NCBI GenBank assembly: GCA_040905765.1
Contig: JBBDQX010000007.1
Location: 184-64,183, forward strand
DNA: 64,000 nt
DNA from: Acetobacterales bacterium
Lineage (GTDB): Bacteria > Pseudomonadota > Alphaproteobacteria > JBBDQX01
Reading direction: 5' to 3'
Below, one piece after another: positions 25,336 to 33,002 of this stretch. The position numbers and the translations under genes are program-made. Position 1 is the first letter of the stretch. Every line of letters starts with the position of its first letter. Under the pieces are notes generated by a model. The model was not told the DNA's origin, did not search any database, and saw only the letters and a program-made list of their open reading frames with translations.

Positions 25336-26622
25336 TCAGGCGAAGACGTCGAGACCCGAGGGCGAGCGAGCCGGGGGCGCGGAAGTGAGCAGCGACGAAG
25401 AAGCGCCGGCCGGCTGAACCGAAGACAGGTACGGGAAGTCTCCGACAGACGGCGGAGCGAAGGAGCGGATCTGGAAAGGGTCGGATTGTGCCGGCTGGGT
25501 ACGCAGCGGCTCGGTCAGGCCCGGGACAACGAAGCCGAGCGCGAGGCCGGAAAGGATCTTGAACAGCTCGCGCCGCTGATCGGCCTGGCGGATGAGCACC
25601 GCGGCCGCGTCGCGCAGCACGCCCTCGTTGCGGCCGCTCTCGAAAGAGACCTCCCCGAGCTGCTGCTGGATGCCGGATACCATGCCGCGAATCTGCGACA
25701 ACGCCTGCCGGGCCTCGGCGATCGCGGTCCGCGCACCACCGGCATTGGCTGCACTGAGCAGATCCGTGGTCCGCAGGTCGGCCGAGAGCTCTCCCGCGAA
25801 CACCGGCTCCAGCGAAACCGGCACGGAGTCGCCCTCTTCGGTCCGCGTACCGACCTGGACGTCGAACCTCCGGGCGACGAGCGTACCGGCTACATCGAAG
25901 CCCGCATCGTCCGTCGCGGGTTCGATATCCGTGGCCGGATCGAAGTTTTCGTCGACGGTGACGACGATGCCGAAGCCGGTGAAGAAGATGCGGTCCGTGT
26001 CACCGGCTTCGGGCGCGGAGTCCGGTCCTTCCACACGCTCAACACGCCCTGTAGCGGTGTTGGTGAGGGTGAACAGGACGGCCGTCGCATCGTAGGCAAT
26101 GGTGAAGCCGTCACCGGCCGCGAGGTTGCCGGTCGCCGGGTCATCGAACGTTATCGAAGCGATCCCCGCCGGCGCACCGATGTCGGCCCCGATATTCGCG
26201 GCGGAGAAGTCGTTGCTGCCAGCGAGGACATTGATGCCGTCCTCTTCCGTCCTCTCGGCTATGCCGTTGAGACGGTCCAGCACCGAGCGGAAGCGGATGT
26301 CGAGGAGCGCCCGTTCGACATCGGTGGCATCGTCCTCGGCGGCCCGGGCCGCCAGTTCGTCGAGTTCGATCAGGGCCAGGTCGATCCGCTCCAGCGCCGA
26401 GGAAGCATTGGGTAGCACGGTGTTCGCCTGGCGCGCGTTGTCGCCGCCCTGGGCGACCAGCACGCTCTCCGCGCTCAGCCGGTTCTGCAGGAGCCCGCTG
26501 AGCAGATTGAGCCGCGTGTTGGTCGTGAAATAGGGATCGGCTACGACCTGAGGCCGGTTCCGCTCCACCAACGTCTGCGACACGAGCCTCTGATTGAGGC
26601 CCAGAGTGAGGAAATCGGGCAT
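25336..26622 (-). CDS. divergent flagellin-like protein (flagellin N/D1-like and C-like helices, acidic Asp/Thr/Gly-rich middle, about 60-aa C-terminal tail)
   Basis: Segments ALERIDLALIELDELAARAAED...LDRLNGIAERTEEDGINVLAGSNDFSAANIGADIG align to the flagellin D0/D1 consensus (...IDRIAEQTEFNGVKVLAQDNTLTIQVGANDGE). No other flagellar genes lie nearby. Confidence 0.55.
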   Translation of the reverse strand: MPDFLTLGLNQRLVSQTLVERNRPQVVADPYFTTNTRLNLLSGLLQNRLSAESVLVAQGGDNARQANTVLPNASSALERIDLALIELDELAARAAEDDATDVERALLDIRFRSVLDRLNGIAERTEEDGINVLAGSNDFSAANIGADIGAPAGIASITFDDPATGNLAAGDGFTIAYDATAVLFTLTNTATGRVERVEGPDSAPEAGDTDRIFFTGFGIVVTVDENFDPATDIEPATDDAGFDVAGTLVARRFDVQVGTRTEEGDSVPVSLEPVFAGELSADLRTTDLLSAANAGGARTAIAEARQALSQIRGMVSGIQQQLGEVSFESGRNEGVLRDAAAVLIRQADQRRELFKILSGLALGFVVPGLTEPLRTQPAQSDPFQIRSFAPPSVGDFPYLSSVQPAGASSSLLTSAPPARSPSGLDVFA

Positions 26623-26904
26623 GACGACCGTGTCGCCACCCTCGCCATTCGCGGCGGGCGCCTGCGCGGCACACCATCGCGACGCATCCTGCTACCGGCG
26701 TCTATGCGAACGGGATTCCGTCCCTGGAACCCCTCTAGACGGGGCGAATCTCCCTGCTAAAAGCCAAAACACATCGTTTCGCTACGACGCGCGAATGGTG
26801 GGCCGGATTCGCAGGTGCCGCAAAAACAAGGGAAGCTGTCGTGACCGCGACAACTTGACCTTGCGGCCGGATTATATCGGCGCATGGCGGGAAGCCAAGC
26901 GGAT

Positions 26905-27516
26905 TCAGCCGCCGGCGGCTATCCCGAGATCGCGGGTAAAGGCGGCATAGACGTCGGAAACGGCCGCATTCATTGCGCTGACCGTACCGGTCATCGTGCG
27001 GTCGGGCGCCTCACGCTCCACCTCGTACACCTTGATCAGCATCAGCTTGCCGTCGCTTTCGCGGCGCAGGCTGAATTCCATCGTCAAGGCGACGAGCGGA
27101 TTGCCCGGCCTGACGATCTGCTCCATCCGGCGCAGCTTGGCCCCGACGGAGTAGTCCGGATCGGCGCGCTGCTCGGTGGTGACGATCGTTCCGGCGACAT
27201 TTGCGCCGCGGAGATAGCTTACCAGCTGCCCCTGCAGCATCCGGGGCAGCGCTTCGGTCCAGTAATGGTAGTGATACTGCATCAGCCGGTCGGGCGCCTC
27301 GACGCTGGAATACACCAGCGCACGCTCGATCAGGAGACCGTCGGCAAGGAACCTGTCGACCTGCAGGGTACCCTGCAGGACCGGCGCCTGGGGCGAGGAA
27401 CCCTGGAAATCGACGCTGAGACGGTAGAACTGGTCGCGCGGCGCTTCCTGCGGTGCGGCGCAGGAGGCCGCCACCAGCACCAGCGCGAATACGCCCGCAA
27501 GCCGAGCGACGCTCAC
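26905..27516 (-). CDS. ABC-type transport auxiliary lipoprotein (YmbA/PqiC-like, COG3218)
   Basis: Lipobox LVAASC. ATGA-coupled to the mlaD-like gene; typical terminal gene of Mce/Mla-type operons. Confidence 0.75.
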   Translation of the reverse strand: MSVARLAGVFALVLVAASCAAPQEAPRDQFYRLSVDFQGSSPQAPVLQGTLQVDRFLADGLLIERALVYSSVEAPDRLMQYHYHYWTEALPRMLQGQLVSYLRGANVAGTIVTTEQRADPDYSVGAKLRRMEQIVRPGNPLVALTMEFSLRRESDGKLMLIKVYEVEREAPDRTMTGTVSAMNAAVSDVYAAFTRDLGIAAGG

Positions 27517-28526
27517 GGCCGGGTGCTCCGGAGGACCCCGTTCTCTTCATCCGGGGTCGTGCCGCGGAGCAACACGCCGGGATTCTGCCGTACCTGGCGG
27601 CTGAACTCGTACATGTTTCGGCTGGTACCCTCGAGGTTATAGGCGACCAAATCGACATGGCGGGCAAGGCTGTCGAGGACGTAACGCAGATCCTCCACCG
27701 CCTCCGAAACCCCTGCCTCGTTCTTTCCCACCAGATCGTTGACGGAGGAGATGATCCCGCTGAGTTCGCCCCGACTGTCGCGCAATCCCGCGCTGAGGTC
27801 GGCGAAATTCGAAGCGGTCGCCTCGAGATCGGTGAGAAATCCGTCGACCTGCGCCACACGCTCCTCCGACAGGAGCCTGTTCATCCGTCCGGCCGTAGCG
27901 TTCAGGGAGTTCGAGAAGGACTCGAGATCGGTCATCAGCACCGGCGTCGATTTGGCGACGTCGGCGACCACCTGGCGCAGGTTGGCGATGATGTCCACCA
28001 TTGCCGGCTCGCCCGCCGCACCGAATACCTCGACGAACCGGTTCACGTTCTCGAGCAGCGGCTTTATGTTGTTCTGCGACAGATCGAGAACCTCCGTCGC
28101 CACCTCCTCCAGAATCGCGAAGACATCGCCACCCTGAACGCTGGGGATGCGTTCGCCTGCGGGGATCATCTCGCCGCTGGCGCCGCCGCGGATGTTGATG
28201 GTGATGGCCGCCAGGAGGCCGGGGGCGGTCAGGCGCGCGATGCTGTCCTGCGGTATCGGCCAGCCTTCCGAGACCGACATCTCGATCCGGAAGCGGGTGT
28301 GATTCTCCTCGCGCACCGGGCGGATCGCCTCGACCTGCCCGACGGGATAGCCCTCGTACAGCACCTGCGTGCCGGTCTTCACACCACCGACGTTGTCGAA
28401 CAACGTGTAGTAGGACTCCGTACCGCCGGTCCTGCCGGTGAGTACCGCCACCATTCCGACGAGCGCCGCGACCGTGGCCATGACGAACAGCCCGACGACG
28501 ACGTAGTTTAAGCGATGGGTTTTCAT
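27513..28526 (-). CDS. Mce/MlaD family substrate-binding protein
   Basis: N-terminal TM anchor plus MCE domain (YYTLFDNVGGVKTGTQVLYEGYPVGQVEAI) with an extended C-terminal helical region. Confidence 0.85.
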   Translation of the reverse strand: MKTHRLNYVVVGLFVMATVAALVGMVAVLTGRTGGTESYYTLFDNVGGVKTGTQVLYEGYPVGQVEAIRPVREENHTRFRIEMSVSEGWPIPQDSIARLTAPGLLAAITINIRGGASGEMIPAGERIPSVQGGDVFAILEEVATEVLDLSQNNIKPLLENVNRFVEVFGAAGEPAMVDIIANLRQVVADVAKSTPVLMTDLESFSNSLNATAGRMNRLLSEERVAQVDGFLTDLEATASNFADLSAGLRDSRGELSGIISSVNDLVGKNEAGVSEAVEDLRYVLDSLARHVDLVAYNLEGTSRNMYEFSRQVRQNPGVLLRGTTPDEENGVLRSTRP

Positions 28527-29401
28527 GGTGCGTCCGCGGGCAGGTTTTCGCCGGTCAGGCGGGCGAGGTACTCGTCGACATCCAGTGTAACGTGCTCGGC
28601 GCGGCGGTTCAGCAGGTTCTGGACCCGCTCGCTCCGCGAGTTCCGGACCTCGTCGACGCTGCCAACCATGATGATCTCTCCGCGGTCAAGGAAGGTGATC
28701 CGATCGGCGATCTTGAACGCGCTTTCGAGTTCGTGGGTGACGACGACGATGGTGATGCCCAGGGCATCGCGCAGGCGCAGGATCAGGTCGTCGAGCGCCG
28801 AAGAAACCACCGGATCGAGGCCGGCCGAGGGCTCGTCGCAGAACAACAGTCGCGGGTCCATGATGACGGCGCGTGCGAAGGCCGCGCGCTTCAGCATGCC
28901 GCCGGACAGCTCAGACGGTATCAGGTCCTCGAAACCCGCGAGTTCAACCACTTCGAGCTTGAGGCGCATCATCACGCGCATCGTCTGCTCGTCGAGGTCG
29001 GTGTGCTCCCGCAGCGGCAGCATGATGTTTTCCCCGACCGTCAGGGAGCTGAGCAGCGCTCCGCCCTGGAACGCCACGCCCATGCGCTTGCGAATATCGT
29101 AGAGGTCGCGTCCGCTCATCCGGCAGAGATCGCGGCCGAGAAAGTCGATCGAGCCGGAAGTCGGCTGCTCCAGGGCCATCAGATGGCGCAGCAACGTGCT
29201 CTTGCCGGAGCCGCTGCCGCCCATGATCACCATCACCTCGCGGTCGTGGATGTCGAGGTCGATGCCCTTGAGGATCGTGCGCGGCCCGTAGGACTTGACC
29301 AGGTTCCGCACGCGGATCACCACCTCACGGCCATCGGCAGCGCTCGGCGGCGCGCCGTCGATCTGCTTCGGGCCGGGGTGCGTCGCCTCTGTCATGGCCA
29401 T
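28523..29401 (-). CDS. ABC transporter ATP-binding protein, MlaF-like
   Basis: Walker A (GGSGSGKST), signature (LSGGMLKRAAFARA) and Walker B (LLFCDEPSAGLD). Confidence 0.9.
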   Translation of the reverse strand: MAMTEATHPGPKQIDGAPPSAADGREVVIRVRNLVKSYGPRTILKGIDLDIHDREVMVIMGGSGSGKSTLLRHLMALEQPTSGSIDFLGRDLCRMSGRDLYDIRKRMGVAFQGGALLSSLTVGENIMLPLREHTDLDEQTMRVMMRLKLEVVELAGFEDLIPSELSGGMLKRAAFARAVIMDPRLLFCDEPSAGLDPVVSSALDDLILRLRDALGITIVVVTHELESAFKIADRITFLDRGEIIMVGSVDEVRNSRSERVQNLLNRRAEHVTLDVDEYLARLTGENLPADAP

Positions 29402-29403
29402 GC

Positions 29404-30219
29404 CTAGCGGGTGATGGCGAAGGCGAAGATCATGTCGGTGATGACGATCGCGCTGATGCCCTGCACCACCGCCCGCGTCGTCACACGGCCCACCCCCTCG
29501 GCGCCGCCGGAGACCGAGGCGCCGTTGACCACGCCGATCAGAGCGACGAGCGCGGCGAAGATCACGCTCTTGCCGATACCGTGCATCACGTCGTTGATGG
29601 AGAGTGCCTCGACGACCCGGTCGAAGTAGGTCGACATCGACATGCCCAGGTCGGCGCCGATATAGAGCCCGGCGCCGAACAGCGCGACGAGATCGGCATA
29701 AATGGTCAGCGCCGGCAGCATCACCATCATCGCGAACAGCGGCGGCGCGACGAGGAAGCGAACCGGGTTGATGCCCATGACCGTCAGGGCATCGACCTCC
29801 TGATTGATGCTCATCGTGCCGATCCGCGCCGCAAGGGCCGAACCGGACCGGCCGGCGACGAGAATCCCGGTGATCAGCGGCGCGAACTCGCGCGTCACCG
29901 ACAGCGCGACGCCGAGCGTCACCTTCTCCTCCGCCCCGAAGGCGCGCAGCGTGTAGATGCCCTGGATCGCCAGCATCACCCCGATGGTGATGGACAGCAC
30001 GGAGACGATCGGGATCGCCATGACCCCGATTTCCATCATCTGTTCGACGATCGCGGCAAGGCGCACCGGCTGTCGCCTGGCGTGGCCCGTAATCGCCCAG
30101 ACCAGGCTCTCCACCAGCAGCATCGCGGCGAAGCCGATCTCGGCCACGCCCGCGACGGTGCGGCGGCCGATCCGCTCGGCGAGGTCGAGAAAGCCCGCGC
30201 TGCGTGCGCTAGCCGGCAT
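29404..30219 (-). CDS. ABC transporter permease, MlaE-like
   Basis: MlaE family TM core. Start corrected to MPASARSAGFLDLAERIGRR; overlaps the STAS gene stop by 11 nt. Confidence 0.87.
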   Translation of the reverse strand: MPASARSAGFLDLAERIGRRTVAGVAEIGFAAMLLVESLVWAITGHARRQPVRLAAIVEQMMEIGVMAIPIVSVLSITIGVMLAIQGIYTLRAFGAEEKVTLGVALSVTREFAPLITGILVAGRSGSALAARIGTMSINQEVDALTVMGINPVRFLVAPPLFAMMVMLPALTIYADLVALFGAGLYIGADLGMSMSTYFDRVVEALSINDVMHGIGKSVIFAALVALIGVVNGASVSGGAEGVGRVTTRAVVQGISAIVITDMIFAFAITR

Positions 30220-30541
30220 TCGCCAGCGCGTCTTCGACGCTGTCGTGGATGGCGAACACCTGATCGAGGCGCGCCAGCGACAGCACCCGCATCGCCGCCG
30301 GGCTGACGCCGGCGAGGCGGAAATCGATCTTGTTCTTGCGGGCCCCCTGCAGGGCCTCGACGAGGCTGGCGACGCCCGAGGAGTCGATGTACGACACGCC
30401 CCCCATATCGACGAGGACGGCCTTGCCCTTCTTGATCTGGTCGAGCAGCAGGCTGCGCGCCTGCGGCGACGTGGACAGGTCGATGTCGCCCTGCAGCGCA
30501 ACGACCGTGGCCGCGGCCTCCTCCCTCACATCGTGTTTCAT
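30209..30541 (-). CDS. STAS-domain anti-sigma-factor-antagonist-like protein (RsbV/SpoIIAA-like, occupies the MlaB position)
   Basis: 110 aa STAS fold carrying the phosphorylatable motif VSYIDSSGVASLVEAL. Confidence 0.8.
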   Translation of the reverse strand: MKHDVREEAAATVVALQGDIDLSTSPQARSLLLDQIKKGKAVLVDMGGVSYIDSSGVASLVEALQGARKNKIDFRLAGVSPAAMRVLSLARLDQVFAIHDSVEDALANAG

Positions 30542-30562
30542 CGTCCCCTCAGTCAGCCTGTT

Positions 30563-31051
30563 TCAGCAGCCCGTCACGCCGAACCTTTTTGCCATGCGCA
30601 ACAGGTTGCCGTGCCCGGACGGCGGCGGCAAGAAGCCGCTCTCGTCCATTACCTCGTTTATCAGGTGCACGCCGATGCCGCCCGGCCGGACCTCGTCGAG
30701 GGACCGCGGCTTGATGCGGCTGGCGTCCACGGTCGGCGCGAAGTCCCTGAGCAGTACGATCATGCTGTGCCGGTCGCGCAACAGCGCCACCACGATGACA
30801 CCGTCCGGCGCCGACTTGTAGGCGTGCCGGATCACATTCTGGCACGCCTCGTCCACCGCCAGCACGATGTCACAAACATCGTCGGATCCGAAGCCGCAGA
30901 GCTGCGCCGCCGCCGAGACGCCGGCCCGCACCAGCCGAAGCCGGTCGGGGCAGGACGGAACGCGCAATTCCACGAGCAGTTCGGCGTCCCGTTCGCCGAG
31001 CGCCGCCATGACGTCGGAGACGGAGGATTCCAGCGAGGGCGGGCTCGTCAT
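30563..31051 (-). CDS. anti-sigma regulatory factor / serine protein kinase (RsbW/SpoIIAB-like, HATPase_c)
   Basis: N-box (DEACQNVIRHAY) and G-box (RPGGIGVHLI). ATGA overlap with the upstream phosphatase gene. Confidence 0.8.
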   Translation of the reverse strand: MTSPPSLESSVSDVMAALGERDAELLVELRVPSCPDRLRLVRAGVSAAAQLCGFGSDDVCDIVLAVDEACQNVIRHAYKSAPDGVIVVALLRDRHSMIVLLRDFAPTVDASRIKPRSLDEVRPGGIGVHLINEVMDESGFLPPPSGHGNLLRMAKRFGVTGC

Positions 31052-32319
31052 GTTCCGATCGCCAGCAGGGTCACGTCGTCGTGCAGTTCCTCGTTAAAGG
31101 CGCGGATGCGCGCAGTGATCGACCGCACACGCTCGGGAAGCGGCAGGTAGCGGTACGACCGCACCAGCGTCTTGAAGCCCTCCTGCCCGAGCATCTGCTC
31201 GTGCTCCGAGGCCTCCGTCACACCGTCGGTGAAGACATACAGCGTCCCGCCCCGCAGTGCGATCTCACGATCCGGGAACTCGAGTCCCGGCACGATGCCC
31301 AGGGGCGGCTGCTCGGCCTCGAACTCGAGGAAGGTGCCGTCGGGCAGATGCAGCAAGGGCGGTTCGTGGCCGGCATTCGCCAGCGTCACCCTGCCCTCCG
31401 CGAGGTCCATCAGGCCTACAGCCATGGTGACGAACTTGCCGCGCGTCGCCGTCTCGCACACCTCTTCGTTGACATGCGCGAGGAGGGCGCCGGGATCGGG
31501 CTCGCGCTTGCCGAGCGCACGGAACACGCTGGCCGTCTTCGCCATCAGCAGCGCGGCGTCCATGCCCTTGCCGGAGACGTCGCCGAGTGCGAACAGCACC
31601 CTGCCGTCCGGAAGCGTCATATAATCGAAGAAGTCGCCGGACACTCGCCGTGCCGGCAGGTTGACGCCGAAAATGGGCAGACCGTCGCGGTCGGACTTGG
31701 GCAGCAGTGCACGCTGGATTTCTGCGGCAAGCTCGAGTTCGCGCTGAAGCCGTTCCTGGTCGACCAGCGCACGAGCCTGCTGGGCGTTGATGAAGGCCAT
31801 TGCGGCGGTCGAGGCGAGCACCCGAAGCACGCTCTGGTCGCGGCTGTCGAACAGGCCCTCGCCTCCGACCTTGTTGATCAGCTCGATGGCCCCGATGCAG
31901 CGGTCCTTGATGCTGAGCGGGGCGCACAGGATAGAGCGCGTGGTGAATCCGGTCTTCTCGTCGACCTGGGCCCCGAACGCGGGATCCTCGCGGACATCGC
32001 GCACGATCTCGCAGCTGTTGTCGCGGATGCTGCGGCCGACGATCCCCTGATCGATCGGCAGGCGCAGGCCGGAGATGTCGACCGGCCCGATGCAGACGGT
32101 GCAGACCACGTCCTGCCCGCCGTCCGGCGTTTCCTCCAGCATGAACAGGGAGGAGGCCTCCGCCGACAGGATCTCGGTGATCCGCTCCAGGCCGCGCCGG
32201 ATGGTCTGCTCGACGTCGAGCGTGTGCCCGAACTCCTCCGTCAGCATGACGAGAAGCTCAAGATACTCGGTGAACTCTGCGGCGGCGCCGGCCGTCGCGG
32301 GCGATCGCTCGTCTGGCAT
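31048..32319 (-). CDS. GAF domain-containing PP2C-type serine phosphatase (RsbU/SpoIIE-like)
   Basis: N-terminal GAF followed by PP2C motifs (SGDFFDY, ALGDVSGKGMDAALLM, GHEPPLL, VFTDGVTE). Confidence 0.85.
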   Translation of the reverse strand: MPDERSPATAGAAAEFTEYLELLVMLTEEFGHTLDVEQTIRRGLERITEILSAEASSLFMLEETPDGGQDVVCTVCIGPVDISGLRLPIDQGIVGRSIRDNSCEIVRDVREDPAFGAQVDEKTGFTTRSILCAPLSIKDRCIGAIELINKVGGEGLFDSRDQSVLRVLASTAAMAFINAQQARALVDQERLQRELELAAEIQRALLPKSDRDGLPIFGVNLPARRVSGDFFDYMTLPDGRVLFALGDVSGKGMDAALLMAKTASVFRALGKREPDPGALLAHVNEEVCETATRGKFVTMAVGLMDLAEGRVTLANAGHEPPLLHLPDGTFLEFEAEQPPLGIVPGLEFPDREIALRGGTLYVFTDGVTEASEHEQMLGQEGFKTLVRSYRYLPLPERVRSITARIRAFNEELHDDVTLLAIGT

Positions 32320-32371
32320 CGCGCTTACTATGCCCCCGACGGCGGCCTGAGGGAACGGCGACCGCCCCGGA

Positions 32372-32719
32372 CTACGGCGTCTCAAGTTCGCCGTTGTCCT
32401 CGACTACATGGTCGACCATGTCGGTCAGCATGCTGCGGACATGCGGATCGGCAACCAGGTAGAACACCTGCCGTCCCTGGCGCTCCGCCTGCAGCAGACG
32501 CGCGGCACGCAGCAGCCGCAGATGGTGGCTGACCAGCGACGGCGACAATCCGAGCCGGGCCGCCATGTCCCCCACCGAGACCTTGCGGTTGAGACAGGTG
32601 AGGATGATGCCGAGACGCGTCGGATCGCTCATCAGGCGGAACATCTCCGCCAGTTCTATTACGGCGTCGTCGCCGACGCGCGGGTCGTTGCCACCCTCCA
32701 CCGGGGCGTTCTTCAGCAT
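32372..32719 (-). CDS. ArsR/SmtB family metal-sensing transcriptional regulator
   Basis: wHTH (LSDPTRLGIILTCL...VSHHLRLLR) with an intact alpha-5 metal site (DPHVRSMLTDMVDHVVE, matching DxHx10HxxE). Confidence 0.85.
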   Translation of the reverse strand: MLKNAPVEGGNDPRVGDDAVIELAEMFRLMSDPTRLGIILTCLNRKVSVGDMAARLGLSPSLVSHHLRLLRAARLLQAERQGRQVFYLVADPHVRSMLTDMVDHVVEDNGELETP

Positions 32720-32859
32720 CGTCGAAAACCGAGTGTTCGGGCGCGGTCCAGCAACCCCGCCAACTTAGAACCATTCTAGGGTCTGCCCGGGACGGTACGC
32801 AACCGAATAGCCCGGCCGACAACACATTGCCGCGACAGGAGAGCGATTTCATGCGTACT

Positions 32860-32995
32860 TGAAAATAACATCAATGCCGAATAAATTGTGAATCTATGAA
32901 AACTGAAAAATACAAAGTTCATAATTTATACTTGAATATTTGTTGAATCGTAGAGCTGTACATTTGAACAGGAGTTCAGATGTGGAAGTGCGGGA
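32860..32995. promoter_or_regulatory. AT-rich divergent promoter/operator region between the ArsR-led operon and the metal ABC importer
   Basis: About 130 bp at roughly 28% GC in a roughly 68% GC genome. Contains repeated TTGAA/TGAA half-sites and the imperfect palindrome TTCATAATTTATACTTGAA. SD GGGAGA lies 7 nt before the SBP ATG. Confidence 0.4.
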
Positions 32996-33002
32996 GATAT
33001 CG

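Noticed and set aside
26860-26904. GCCGATATAA element resembling a sigma-28 -10 box upstream of the flagellin-like gene
   Set aside because: No correctly spaced TAAA -35. It lies about 250 nt from the start codon and overlaps a small palindrome that could equally be the upstream operon's terminator. Too weak to call.
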